Of a stretch of DNA of 64,000 bases, positions 53,307-63,035 are shown piece by piece. Made by a program: the position numbers and the translations under genes. The notes beneath the pieces are model-generated. The model ran no database searches. It was not told where the DNA came from and worked only from the letters and a program-made list of their open reading frames with translations. The DNA comes from Flammeovirgaceae bacterium. Lineage in GTDB: Bacteria > Bacteroidota > Bacteroidia > Cytophagales > Cyclobacteriaceae. How positions within the stretch are numbered: position 1 is the first letter of the stretch; each line of letters starts with the position of its first letter. The DNA is taken from NCBI GenBank assembly GCA_021299455.1, contig JAJTGQ010000019.1, positions 15,855-79,854 of the forward strand, written 5' to 3'.

Positions 53307-53368
53307 ATGATGAGCTGATTCGTTTATTCGGCAATTAGGAAATTAACGAATCATCGAATTGACAAATT

Positions 53369-54226
53369 ATGCAAATGCAAGAGAGCGAATTAAAGGCTTT
53401 GGTTTCGTTGTTGGACGATGAGGATAAACAAGTCAGTTCTCACGTAGAGGAGAAAATTCTTTCGATTGGAAAGGAGGCTATTCCCTTTTTAGAACATGAG
53501 TGGGAAAGCAATCTGAACCCTGCCGTTCAGGCCCGCATCGAAGAACTGATACACATCCTTCAATACGAGTTACTCAAAGAAAGACTGAAGAACTGGTATG
53601 CCGGTGAAGAGCACGATTTATTGACGGGGATGTGGATTTTGGCCACCTACCAATATCCGGAAATCGAACTAGAAAAACTGCGACAGGATTTAGAACAAAT
53701 CTACTATGAAACCTGGCTAGAGTTCCGTCCGGATTTGTATCCCTACGATCAAGTAAAGGTGATCAACAGTGTCTTATTCAATAAATTAAAATTCGGAGCG
53801 AACACTAAAAATTTTCATTCTCCTGGCAACTCGATGATTAACGTTGTGCTGGAGTCTCATAAAGGAAATCCGATTACACTATGCGTGATCTACATGTTGG
53901 TGGCACAGAAGTTAAAGTTGCCCGTCAGTGGCGTGAACCTGCCAAATTTGTTTATCCTCACATACAAAGATGACAATCACCAATTCTATATTAATGCATT
54001 CAATCGGGGATTGATTTTTTCAAAGCAAGACATCGAGAACTACATCAACGAATTACATTTGGTTCCTCAGACATCATTCTATGAACCTTGTAATAGCATC
54101 GATATCGTGCGAAGGGCTCTTCGCAATCTGGTAATGTCGTTCGAAAAAATGGGCGAACACGCCAAAGCAGAAGAAGTGAAGCTGCTTCTTATCGAAATTT
54201 CTGATGGCGGTGATTTGGGCGTTTAG
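53369..54226 (+). CDS. SirB1/transglutaminase-like family protein
   Basis: 285 aa. Central GNPITLCVIYMLVAQKL segment (Cys in a transglutaminase-like context) with flanking helical repeats. Confidence 0.5.
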   Translation: MQMQESELKALVSLLDDEDKQVSSHVEEKILSIGKEAIPFLEHEWESNLNPAVQARIEELIHILQYELLKERLKNWYAGEEHDLLTGMWILATYQYPEIELEKLRQDLEQIYYETWLEFRPDLYPYDQVKVINSVLFNKLKFGANTKNFHSPGNSMINVVLESHKGNPITLCVIYMLVAQKLKLPVSGVNLPNLFILTYKDDNHQFYINAFNRGLIFSKQDIENYINELHLVPQTSFYEPCNSIDIVRRALRNLVMSFEKMGEHAKAEEVKLLLIEISDGGDLGV

Positions 54227-54261
54227 TCGCCCGGTAACTTTTATAAGACGCTGTTATAGTT

Positions 54262-54819
54262 TTACCTTCTGATAGTGCAGCCAATGACTCGATTGTTTTC
54301 AATTTCAATTTTCTGGCCGGTCAGCACCTTATCAATGGCATCTTTTAGATAATTTTCTTTGGTGTCTTCGGCCACCTGCGGATTGTCATCAATTGCTCCG
54401 CTGTAAACCACTTTGAACTGATTGCCTTCAGGCTTTAACAAATAAACTTCTGGTGATTTGCGTGCTCCGAACAAATCCATCGCGACCTGCTCTTTGTCTT
54501 CCAGGTAGGGGACGCCAAAATCAGTATAGTGAATTGCCATTTTTTCGGGGGTTTCTTGTGGATCGTTGGCGGAATTAATAAGGAGAAATTGCACCTTTCC
54601 GTTGTACGAATCAATAAGCGCCTTAACTCTCGCTTTGTAGTAGCTGTCGAAAGGACATTCGTTGGTGGTGAATAAAACCACAATCGCTTTTAGATTTTTA
54701 AATTCGCTCAGCGCAACGGATGTGTTTTTATTCACATCGTTAAGCGTAAAATCGGGTACGTTCAACTGCGCGCTGGCAGCAGCGGGAAGTAATAGTAAAA
54801 GGCAAAACAGGCTTTTCAT
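54262..54819 (-). CDS. Thioredoxin-fold, peroxiredoxin-like single-Cys protein (secreted)
   Basis: Start set at MKSLFCLLLLLPAAASAQ. FTTNECPFD has one Cys where redoxins carry CxxC. Confidence 0.6.
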   Translation of the reverse strand: MKSLFCLLLLLPAAASAQLNVPDFTLNDVNKNTSVALSEFKNLKAIVVLFTTNECPFDSYYKARVKALIDSYNGKVQFLLINSANDPQETPEKMAIHYTDFGVPYLEDKEQVAMDLFGARKSPEVYLLKPEGNQFKVVYSGAIDDNPQVAEDTKENYLKDAIDKVLTGQKIEIENNRVIGCTIRR

Positions 54820-54820
54820 G

Positions 54821-55447
54821 CTAATGGGGGTCGGTATATACCACGACAAATTCAGGCTCAATTTCATAACACAAAGCTACATTTAGTTTTACTTCCTGCA
54901 TATTAATCATTCCTTTCAAATGGCCCATTTCCTCTAGAATAAACGGATCAACTAATAGTTGACTTGCAAAATGGAGGCCACGTTTTCCATGCACCTTGTA
55001 CAAGGCTTCTTTGGCACACCAGTAGACGCAATGTTTTCGAATATCAGATCCCGCATTTTCCAACTCCTCTATTGAAAGCACCCTTGGAGCTATCCGTAAA
55101 AGCTTCTCGGTGGGTTGTTCAATATCAATGCCCACAGGTTTGTTTTTGTCTAGTTGAGCAGCTACAAATGGGTACGCATGTGAAAGAGAGATATGATGTG
55201 GCAGTTCACGAAGGAACGGTTTCCCAAATTCATCTTTATGAATGCCAGAATAGGAAAGGTCGTTTTGCTCTAAAAGTGTACGAATTAATACGCGGCTAGC
55301 TAGCCACTCCAGTCTTTTTGTTAAGTGGATAATTCCCTCCGGAGCTTCTTCGAATGCATTAAAAGCGAGTTCTTCTGCCGATTCTTCCACTTTCCAGATT
55401 CCCCACGCACTTTCTGTTCCTGTTTTTTTTAGCTTGTAAAGAGGCAT
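54821..55447 (-). CDS. 4'-phosphopantetheinyl transferase (Sfp-type)
   Basis: GIDIE and WCAKEALYK motifs. Confidence 0.8.
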   Translation of the reverse strand: MPLYKLKKTGTESAWGIWKVEESAEELAFNAFEEAPEGIIHLTKRLEWLASRVLIRTLLEQNDLSYSGIHKDEFGKPFLRELPHHISLSHAYPFVAAQLDKNKPVGIDIEQPTEKLLRIAPRVLSIEELENAGSDIRKHCVYWCAKEALYKVHGKRGLHFASQLLVDPFILEEMGHLKGMINMQEVKLNVALCYEIEPEFVVVYTDPH

Positions 55448-55542
55448 TGGGTGAAGTTATGTTCAGGGTACAATTTTGGCAAAAATATCCCAATAGACTA
55501 ATCTTGCATTTCATTTGGGCCCACGGCACTTTGAACACAAGA

Positions 55543-56469
55543 ATGACAACTCCTATCGTTTCAAAAGTAAATACGCTTACAGGGCACCGAGATTGCGTGT
55601 ATACGCTCCAACCAAGTACCGAACCAAACCTTTTTTTTTCTGCTGCGGGTGATGGCATGGTTGTGTCGTGGAATGCTGAAAGCCTGGCGGAGGGTGAGCT
55701 GATTGCGAAACTTCCGAACTCAGTGTATTCACTTCTTCATCTTCAGGATAAGGACTTACTGGTGGCGGGGCAAAATTATGAGGGGATTCACTTATTGGAT
55801 TGGCGTGAACAAAAAGAGTTGGCTTCATTGAAGTTAACCTCTTCTTTTATTTTTGATATGCAGGTATTTGGAAGCGATTTATGGGTTGCAACAGGTGAAG
55901 GATCCGTTATCATTGTCGATTTGGAAAAATGGGTTATTAGGAAGAGGATCTTGGCCAGTGAAAAAAGTGCTCGAACCATTGCAATTAACCCGCAGCGTGG
56001 TGAGTGTGCTATCGGCTACAGTGATTTTTTTATTCGGGTATTTGCCCTTGAGGATTTTCGATTGATTAAAGAATGGCAGGCTCATTCCAATTCTATCTTC
56101 ACCATGCAGTATTTTCCAAATAGTCATTTTCTGATGAGCGGTTCGCGCGATGCCAAGCTCAAAGTCTGGGATGCAAATGCTGACTTTAGGCAGGTGGAGG
56201 AAATTGCAGCTCACTTGTACGCTATTAATCATATTGCCTTGAGCCCTGATGGCAACTATGTCGCAACGGCTAGCATGGACAAATCAATAAAAGTGTGGGA
56301 TACTGCCCAACTTAAATTGCTAAAAGTGATTGATAGAGCACGTCATACGGGTCACGGCACTTCCGTCAATAAACTCTTGTGGATGCCTTTCCGTAACTAC
56401 CTGGTAAGTGCCAGCGATGATCGAAGCATATCAATTTGGGATATTGAATTTGGTGGAGTTAATGGATAG
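55543..56469 (+). CDS. WD40-repeat protein
   Basis: Start set at MTTPIVSKVNTLTGHRDCVY. Repeated GH...WD-type units (SGSRDAKLKVWD, SMDKSIKVWD, SASDDRSISIWD). Confidence 0.8.
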   Translation: MTTPIVSKVNTLTGHRDCVYTLQPSTEPNLFFSAAGDGMVVSWNAESLAEGELIAKLPNSVYSLLHLQDKDLLVAGQNYEGIHLLDWREQKELASLKLTSSFIFDMQVFGSDLWVATGEGSVIIVDLEKWVIRKRILASEKSARTIAINPQRGECAIGYSDFFIRVFALEDFRLIKEWQAHSNSIFTMQYFPNSHFLMSGSRDAKLKVWDANADFRQVEEIAAHLYAINHIALSPDGNYVATASMDKSIKVWDTAQLKLLKVIDRARHTGHGTSVNKLLWMPFRNYLVSASDDRSISIWDIEFGGVNG

Positions 56470-57586
56470 AAAATCGGTAGCAATGAGATATTTATTTTTA
56501 GTGACATGTTTGTTATTGGCGATTTACGGAAATACATTTTCTCAGGATACCACTCGCTTGTCTTTGTTATTTGTAGGCGATATCATGCAGCACGATTCAC
56601 AAATTCAGTCAGCCTTTAATGCAACCACGAAAAAGTATGAATATGACTCCTGTTTTCGATTTGTTAAGCCCTATTTCGAATCGGTCGATATCGCCATTGG
56701 CAATCTGGAATTAACCCTTGCAGGAGCGCCCTATAAAGGATATCCTCAATTCAGTGCTCCAGATGAATTGGCAATGGCTCTAAAAGACGCGGGAATGGAT
56801 ATACTCGTGACCGCGAACAATCACAGCTTAGATCGGGGTAGAAGAGGGCTCGAACGAACCATCACACAACTCGACAGTCTGCATTTTTTACATACTGGTA
56901 CTTTTCGTGATACTGTGGAAAGAATGAACGAGTACCCTCTTTTGATTTCAAAAAAAGGGTTTACGATTGCGCTTCTAAACTACACCTATGGAACCAATGG
57001 ACTTCGGGTGACCAAACCAAACGTGGTGAACCTGTTAGATACCGCACTGATTCGAAAAGATTTGCTAAAAGCTAAGTCGTTGCATCCTGATTTCATTATT
57101 GTTTTTACACACTTGGGCTTGGAGTACCAGCAACAACCTTCGGCTGATCAGAAAAGGATTGGAGAGTTTTGTTTTCGCTTTGGAGCTGATGCTGTCATTG
57201 GTTCCCATCCACATGTGCTGCAGCCAATGGAGTGGCTTAAAGCAGAAAACCAGTTAGTTGTTTATTCACTAGGAAATTTCGTCTCCGGGCAGCGCGACAG
57301 ATATAAAAACGGAGGAGGAATGGTGAGACTCGATTTGGTAAAGATAAAGACATCTGAGACGTCAATAAGCCGAATCGATTCTGCTGGTTACCTACTCCAG
57401 TGGGTGTATAAAAAACCAACTGGGCAAAGAAAATTTTATGTACTACCTGTACCTTCTTTTGAACACGATCCAACGGGGTTTATCACCGATCCAACCTCAT
57501 TACTTCAGTTTAAGACTTTTATCGATGACTCGAGGAAATTCTTGAACAACTACAACGTTAACTTCCTCGAACGCGGTAAGGAGTAA
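56462..57586 (+). CDS. CapA-family (PGA_cap) metallophosphatase-like protein, secreted
   Basis: Start set at MDRKSVAMRYLFLVTCLLLAIYG, with ATG overlapping the WD40 stop. FVGDIMQHD, GNLE, ANNHSLD and HLGLEY motifs. Confidence 0.75.
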   Translation: MDRKSVAMRYLFLVTCLLLAIYGNTFSQDTTRLSLLFVGDIMQHDSQIQSAFNATTKKYEYDSCFRFVKPYFESVDIAIGNLELTLAGAPYKGYPQFSAPDELAMALKDAGMDILVTANNHSLDRGRRGLERTITQLDSLHFLHTGTFRDTVERMNEYPLLISKKGFTIALLNYTYGTNGLRVTKPNVVNLLDTALIRKDLLKAKSLHPDFIIVFTHLGLEYQQQPSADQKRIGEFCFRFGADAVIGSHPHVLQPMEWLKAENQLVVYSLGNFVSGQRDRYKNGGGMVRLDLVKIKTSETSISRIDSAGYLLQWVYKKPTGQRKFYVLPVPSFEHDPTGFITDPTSLLQFKTFIDDSRKFLNNYNVNFLERGKE

Positions 57587-57635
57587 ACAAACCAAAAGTA
57601 AACGGCTGACTGTAAGCATATTCAGAACAATTTAC

Positions 57636-57643
57636 TATATTTG
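57636..57643 (+). promoter_or_regulatory. -7 box of a candidate promoter for the DivIVA-like gene
   Basis: TATATTTG matches TAnnTTTG, about 67 nt upstream of ATG 57710. Confidence 0.35.
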
Positions 57644-57709
57644 TCTGTCGATTTTTTCATTTTTTAAACTTCTTTTATTTTTTAAACTGGTTAACTAAAA
57701 AATCACACT

Positions 57710-58423
57710 ATGAGAATCACCCCATTGGAAATTCGCCAAAAAGCTTTCGAAAGAGTATTGCGTGGCTATGACAAAGACGAAGTAAATGCGTACCTGCAAT
57801 CACTTTCTCAGGAATGGGAACGCATGCAGGACGATAACAAAGAAATTCGTATCAAATACGAAGCGACCGAACGTGAAGTCTCAAAATTGCGCGAAGTGGA
57901 AAGCTCTCTTTACAAAACACTAAAGACAGCGGAAGATACTGGCGCGAATGTAATTGATCAAGCGAATAAGACTGCAGAATTAATTTTGCGTGAAGCTCAA
58001 ATGAAGGCTGACGCGATGGTTAACGAGTCTAGATCGAAAGCGAAGAATGCGATGGAAGAAGCTGAGTATCTTTCTAAGCAACTTTTGGCAGAGATGGAGG
58101 AACGGTTGAAGACCCTCGGTCAGCATTACAAAACACTGGAGTTGCATAAAGACAATTTGTTGTCAGATATGAAACGTTTGGCGGCAGAGACGATTGATAG
58201 AGTAGAGCGAGCGAAAACGGCAGCTCGTGATTTCGATCCAGATCAACACCTGGCGTTGGCAAAACGAGAGTCTAAAAGGACACTTTTCCCCAATGCGGAA
58301 GTGGAGCGTGAAATAAAGAACGCCATGGCATTGCCATCCCAAGAAGCCGTGAAAGAAGTCCCTCAGCCTGTTTTCTCTACAGAATTTAAGGCACAGAGAT
58401 CATTCTTTGACGATATTCAATGA
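57710..58423 (+). CDS. DivIVA-domain protein
   Basis: ITPLEIRQKAFERVLRGYDKDEVNAYL is the canonical DivIVA N-terminus, followed by coiled coil. Confidence 0.85.
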   Translation: MRITPLEIRQKAFERVLRGYDKDEVNAYLQSLSQEWERMQDDNKEIRIKYEATEREVSKLREVESSLYKTLKTAEDTGANVIDQANKTAELILREAQMKADAMVNESRSKAKNAMEEAEYLSKQLLAEMEERLKTLGQHYKTLELHKDNLLSDMKRLAAETIDRVERAKTAARDFDPDQHLALAKRESKRTLFPNAEVEREIKNAMALPSQEAVKEVPQPVFSTEFKAQRSFFDDIQ

Positions 58424-58779
58424 CCGGTAAAGTAGTGCTGGAGGGTCTTGAATTCCACGCCTACCATGGAGTTTATCCACACGAGCGATCATCTGGAAAC
58501 AAGTTTGAAGTAGACGTGGTAATCGACACGGAGTTTTCAGATTCTGCTTTTCGCGATGAACTGACCGGAACCATCAACTATGAAGATGTGTATGCAATTG
58601 TGAAAGATGTGATGGAGCGACCCGCCAAGCTATTAGAAACAGTAGGACATTTGATAGCCGAACAGTCACTTCTTTCTTTTCCTTCGGCAAAAGCAGTAGA
58701 AGTAAAAATCTCGAAATTCAATCCCCCGATCGGTGGTGTCTGCAAGAAGGCGAGTGTGGTTGTAGTTAAATTGAAATAA
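58420..58779 (+). CDS. folB: Dihydroneopterin aldolase
   Basis: 119 aa with GLEFHAYHGVYPHE, INYEDVY and ETV motifs. ATGA overlap with the DivIVA gene. Confidence 0.85.
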   Translation: MTGKVVLEGLEFHAYHGVYPHERSSGNKFEVDVVIDTEFSDSAFRDELTGTINYEDVYAIVKDVMERPAKLLETVGHLIAEQSLLSFPSAKAVEVKISKFNPPIGGVCKKASVVVVKLK

Positions 58780-58817
58780 AGAGTCCCAGTTGTTAAGAGT
58801 CTATCGAAAGGTCTCAG

Positions 58818-59120
58818 TTAGGTGGCGTCCGTGAACATAAAACCTCTGGCGTCAGCGCCTTCATAGAAATCAACCTCTTTACCAATCAAGTACATCGTGT
58901 GTTTTTTCTCAACATACACCTGTATACCCTCCAGTTCATACGCCAAGTCGGTTGGTTTTTGTTTGTCAAACCCAATAATAAGCGATACCCCCCCACATCC
59001 ACCACCTTTTATTCCTAGTCGTAGGCCATAACCCGCAGGGATATTTTTAGACTGCATGATCTTCTTTACTTCTTCTGCAGCCCTTGCACTAATTCCAATT
59101 GGTTTTACGTTGTCAAACAT
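58818..59120 (-). CDS. HesB/IscA-like protein lacking the C-terminal cysteine pair
   Basis: 100 aa. IscA-like LRLGIKGGGCGG but ends ..GFMFTDAT with no CGCG motif. Confidence 0.65.
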   Translation of the reverse strand: MFDNVKPIGISARAAEEVKKIMQSKNIPAGYGLRLGIKGGGCGGVSLIIGFDKQKPTDLAYELEGIQVYVEKKHTMYLIGKEVDFYEGADARGFMFTDAT

Positions 59121-59192
59121 CCTATTCCAGTGTACGAGTATGCGTATAAAATTAGCTAAATTTCGAACATATTAGACCATTAAATAATTCCC

Positions 59193-59714
59193 ATGAATGC
59201 CTTAATAGAATTTGGAAAAATATTGATTCCGGCCTCGATTGTATTATATGCCGTTTACCTCATTGTGCGGTCATTTATCCAGCGTGAAATCGAGCTTAAA
59301 AAACTAGACGTGCGTGGCCGCAGCATCGAAACGATTTTACCTGCCCGACTTCAAGCTTATGAACGAATGATCTTATTTCTGGAGCGTATTTCTCCTCAAA
59401 ATTTACTCATCCGACTAAACAACCCCGGTTTCTCTGCCAGAGATTTTCAAAAAATTCTACTTGATGAGGTGCGTAATGAGTACAACCACAATGTTTCTCA
59501 GCAAGTGTATATGAGCGAAGAGGTATGGAGCCAGATAAAAAACGCAAAGGAAGATTTAATCATTATGATTAACGAATCTGCAACGGGAATGCCACCAGAG
59601 GCAACTAGCATTGATCTTGCAAAAAAGGTTTTTCAAATGACGATGGATAAGAAGGTGGATTTGATTAACCATGCACTATCGGAGTTAAAAAAGGAAATTC
59701 AGCAGATCTTCTAA
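59193..59714 (+). CDS. Hypothetical membrane-anchored protein
   Basis: 173-aa ORF with an N-terminal TM helix and a helical body. No family recognised. Confidence 0.5.
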   Translation: MNALIEFGKILIPASIVLYAVYLIVRSFIQREIELKKLDVRGRSIETILPARLQAYERMILFLERISPQNLLIRLNNPGFSARDFQKILLDEVRNEYNHNVSQQVYMSEEVWSQIKNAKEDLIIMINESATGMPPEATSIDLAKKVFQMTMDKKVDLINHALSELKKEIQQIF

Positions 59715-59716
59715 GT

Positions 59717-60361
59717 ATGGCAAAAGTTGCATTACTGGCCGGCACGACTGGGTTGATAGGTAGCCAACTATTAGAATTGATGTTGGCAGATGAGCACTAT
59801 TCTTCCGTGATTGCCATTAGCCGAAGGCCGTTGGGTAAATCACATCCTAAACTAACAAACATTGTTTGCGAACTTAGTGAACTTACTACTGCCCTAGCTC
59901 AAGTAAAGGCGAACGATGTCTTTTGTTGTTTGGGCACAACCATGCGCCTGGCAAAGACAAAAGAGGCTTTTAGGGCAGTCGATTATGATGCGCCTTTAGC
60001 GCTGGCTCGAATAGCAAAACAAAACGGAGCAACGCAATACCTGATTGTTTCTGCTTTAGGGTCAAATAAAAACTCTTCCATATTTTATAATAAAGTAAAA
60101 GGTGAGGTGGAAGACGCGATTGATCAAATTGACTTCAGAAGTTTCCATATCCTCCAGCCGTCTTTGCTAACAGGTCCGCGCAAAGAACAACGCGCTGGGG
60201 AGGGAGCCGCTCAGGTATTTTACAAAATTTTTGGTTTTCTCATTCCGAAGAAATTTGCAGCTATTGAATCGATCAAAGTAGCACGCGCGTTATTAGCTTT
60301 CGGGAAAGCTGAAAGCGTAGGTAGATTTATTCATTCGTCCGCTGAAATGCAGGACTTTTAA
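59717..60361 (+). CDS. NAD(P)H-binding Rossmann-fold protein (atypical SDR/HTATIP2-like)
   Basis: LLAGTTGLIGSQL (GxxGxxG) at the N-terminus. 214 aa. Confidence 0.65.
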   Translation: MAKVALLAGTTGLIGSQLLELMLADEHYSSVIAISRRPLGKSHPKLTNIVCELSELTTALAQVKANDVFCCLGTTMRLAKTKEAFRAVDYDAPLALARIAKQNGATQYLIVSALGSNKNSSIFYNKVKGEVEDAIDQIDFRSFHILQPSLLTGPRKEQRAGEGAAQVFYKIFGFLIPKKFAAIESIKVARALLAFGKAESVGRFIHSSAEMQDF

Positions 60362-60362
60362 T

Positions 60363-60815
60363 ATGATAGCGGTTGTGCAAAGAGTAGCAGAAGCTGCGGT
60401 GGCTATCGAAGGCCATACCAAGTCAAAGATTGGAAAAGGTCTTTTGATTTTATTGGGGATTGAAGATGCGGATGGCGAAGAAGACATTGAGTGGTTGAGT
60501 GGTAAACTAGTTGGCTTACGAATATTTAATGATCACGAAGGCGTGATGAATGTAAATGTTAAGGATGACGGTGGCGAAATTCTGTTGGTAAGCCAGTTCA
60601 CACTGCACGCTAGCACTAAAAAGGGCAATCGACCGAGTTACATCAAAGCCGCCAAACCTCCAATTGCTATCCCCCTGTACGAAAAGATGATTGACAAGCT
60701 GACGCAGGAGATGGGTAAACCGGTACAAACAGGTGAGTTTGGGGCCGACATGAAAATCTCATTGATCAATGATGGTCCTGTTACCATCCTTATTGATACG
60801 AAGAACAGAGTTTAG
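60363..60815 (+). CDS. dtd: D-aminoacyl-tRNA deacylase
   Basis: MIAVVQRV start, SQFTL, GNRPS, FGADMKISLINDGPVT. Confidence 0.93.
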   Translation: MIAVVQRVAEAAVAIEGHTKSKIGKGLLILLGIEDADGEEDIEWLSGKLVGLRIFNDHEGVMNVNVKDDGGEILLVSQFTLHASTKKGNRPSYIKAAKPPIAIPLYEKMIDKLTQEMGKPVQTGEFGADMKISLINDGPVTILIDTKNRV

Positions 60816-60846
60816 AATCTTTTGACTTACATCTAACATCTTTTTC

Positions 60847-62109
60847 ATGATCGCCTCTTCTACATCCGGTGCCAACCAACAAAGAGAGATTTACTCCAAT
60901 GGATTTGCTGGGCGTTTGCCAATTGTTCCAATTGATTCAAATAAATTGGAAGAACTAGCCGCAGCGAAAATGAGCATACAGGCCAAGGCTTATATTCTTG
61001 GAGGAGCAGGCTTTGAATCTACGATTCGAGAAAACCGTTCTGCGTTTGAGAAATATAAAATTGTTCCGCGCATGCTTCGCAATGTGGCTGAACGTGATAC
61101 CAGCATTGAGTTATTTGGGAAAATGTTTCCTTCGCCCTTTTTACTTTCCCCTATTGGGGTATTAGAAATGGTTCACAAGGAGGCCGATGTTGCTGTCGGG
61201 AAGGCCGCTTCGTCAATGGGTATTCCTTACATTTTTTCTAACCAGGCTTCTCGCCCGATGGAGGAAGTAGCGGCTGCCATGGGTGATAGCCCACGTTGGT
61301 TTCAGTTGTATTGGAGCAAGTCGCAAGAGTTGGTGGCGAGTTTTGTACAGCGTGCTGAAAAGTGTGGCTGTTCTGCCATTGTGGTTACCCTTGATACAAC
61401 CATGCTTGGTTGGCGCACGCGTGATTTAGATATGGCTTATTTGCCTTTTATGGAAGGCCGCGGGATCGCTCAGTATACCTCTGATCCTGTATTTCAAAGA
61501 CTGATGGATGAGCCGATACCAAAGGCGCAACAAAAACTCACTTACCAATTGTTGAGTGGCCTCATTACGATGACAAGAAATTACCCGGGCAACGGATTCT
61601 TTTCAAAATTGAAATCCGGACGTCCAGTTAAGGCAGTTCAGAAGTTTGTTAGCATCTATTCCAATCCTGCTCTTACTTGGGGCGATCTCAAATTTCTTCG
61701 CCAACATACAAAGCTCCCCATTTTGTTAAAAGGAATTTTGCATCCAGATGATGCGCGCCATGCTATTGATCATGGCATCGATGGCATCGTCATTTCTAAT
61801 CACGGTGGTAGACAAGTCGATGGCTCGATTAGCACTTTCGAAGCGCTGCCAAGAATTGCCGAAGCGGTTGCAGGGAGAATTCCAATCTTGCTAGACAGTG
61901 GTGTTCGGGGTGGGGCGGATGCATTCAAAGCAATTGCCTTGGGAGCGACAGCCGTTTGTCTTGGCCGTCCTTACGTTTATGGGTTAACCCTAGCAGGTGA
62001 GGCCGGTGTTGCGGAAGTGCTACGGAATTTTTTGGCTGACTTTGATCTGACGATGGGACTGGCCGGCTGTAAAAATATTTCCGAAATAGCGCGGGAGAGC
62101 CTGCTCTAG
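60847..62109 (+). CDS. FMN-dependent alpha-hydroxy-acid dehydrogenase/oxidase family protein
   Basis: WFQLYW, LKGIL, SNHGGRQ and DSGVRGG motifs. Confidence 0.85.
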   Translation: MIASSTSGANQQREIYSNGFAGRLPIVPIDSNKLEELAAAKMSIQAKAYILGGAGFESTIRENRSAFEKYKIVPRMLRNVAERDTSIELFGKMFPSPFLLSPIGVLEMVHKEADVAVGKAASSMGIPYIFSNQASRPMEEVAAAMGDSPRWFQLYWSKSQELVASFVQRAEKCGCSAIVVTLDTTMLGWRTRDLDMAYLPFMEGRGIAQYTSDPVFQRLMDEPIPKAQQKLTYQLLSGLITMTRNYPGNGFFSKLKSGRPVKAVQKFVSIYSNPALTWGDLKFLRQHTKLPILLKGILHPDDARHAIDHGIDGIVISNHGGRQVDGSISTFEALPRIAEAVAGRIPILLDSGVRGGADAFKAIALGATAVCLGRPYVYGLTLAGEAGVAEVLRNFLADFDLTMGLAGCKNISEIARESLL

Positions 62110-62161
62110 GCGACATTGTTTCTTTGTTGATTTCCGTACCTTAGCAACCTATTTTATTTCT

Positions 62162-62875
62162 ATGAAGCATCTCTTAATAGCTCTTTTGGTTGTAGCTCAC
62201 CTAAACACATTTGGGCAATTAGATAAATTCATCAAGGATGCAAAGAAAGTGGTCGAAACGACAAAGCCGCTCACCAAAGATGAAGTAGCCAACGGGTTGA
62301 AAGAGGCACTGGTAAATGGCATTACAAAAGGGACAGACTTGACGTCTAAGATGGATGGGTATTTCAAAAATCCAGAAATAAAGATTCCCTTTCCAAAAGA
62401 TGTTAAAAAGGTAGAAGATAAATTGCGACAGCTCGGCATGGGAAGTGAAGTGGATCGATTTGTACTCACACTTAATCGCGGAGCAGAGGAAGCGGCCAAA
62501 GAGGCAAAACCCATATTTATTTCTGCGATTAAACAGATGTCGATTGATGATGCATTTGCCGTATTGAAGGGGCAGCCAGACGCGGCTACTCAATTTTTGA
62601 AGCGAACAACATCTGCTCAATTAAAGGAGAAATTCAAACCGGTGGTGCAGGCTAATCTTGATAAGGTGAATGCAACGAAGTATTATGGTGATCTGATCTC
62701 GAACTACAACCGAATCCCATTTATTTCCAAAGTAAATCCAAATTTGAATGACTACGCTACTGATATGGCGATACAAGGGTTGTTTACGATGATTGCCAAA
62801 GAAGAGAAAAGTATTCGCCAAGACCCGGCTGCACGTACCACTGATTTGTTGAAAAAAGTTTTTAGTTCTAAATAG
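62162..62875 (+). CDS. DUF4197-like secreted protein
   Basis: 237 aa. Signal peptide and helical body with EVANGLKEAL and ATDMAIQGLF segments. Confidence 0.5.
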   Translation: MKHLLIALLVVAHLNTFGQLDKFIKDAKKVVETTKPLTKDEVANGLKEALVNGITKGTDLTSKMDGYFKNPEIKIPFPKDVKKVEDKLRQLGMGSEVDRFVLTLNRGAEEAAKEAKPIFISAIKQMSIDDAFAVLKGQPDAATQFLKRTTSAQLKEKFKPVVQANLDKVNATKYYGDLISNYNRIPFISKVNPNLNDYATDMAIQGLFTMIAKEEKSIRQDPAARTTDLLKKVFSSK

Positions 62876-62881
62876 TTTGTT

Positions 62882-63034
62882 ATGAAGAATATTTCAAGGA
62901 GAGATGTTAAAATGTTTTTTTTTGGCATATTAACGATGTTACTCATCACACTAATTCTTGATTGGGATAGCGCTGTCCGAGGATTTAACGATGGTCTTAA
63001 CGGTAAGCCTTTTAAAATATCAAATTCAAAATAA
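62882..63034 (+). CDS. Small single-TM protein (50 aa), hypothetical
   Basis: Own translation: MKNISRRDVKMFFFGILTMLLITLILDWDSAVRGFNDGLNGKPFKISNSK. Its stop lies 1 nt before the next ATG. Below the track size cutoff. Confidence 0.35.
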   Translation: MKNISRRDVKMFFFGILTMLLITLILDWDSAVRGFNDGLNGKPFKISNSK

Positions 63035-63035
63035 T

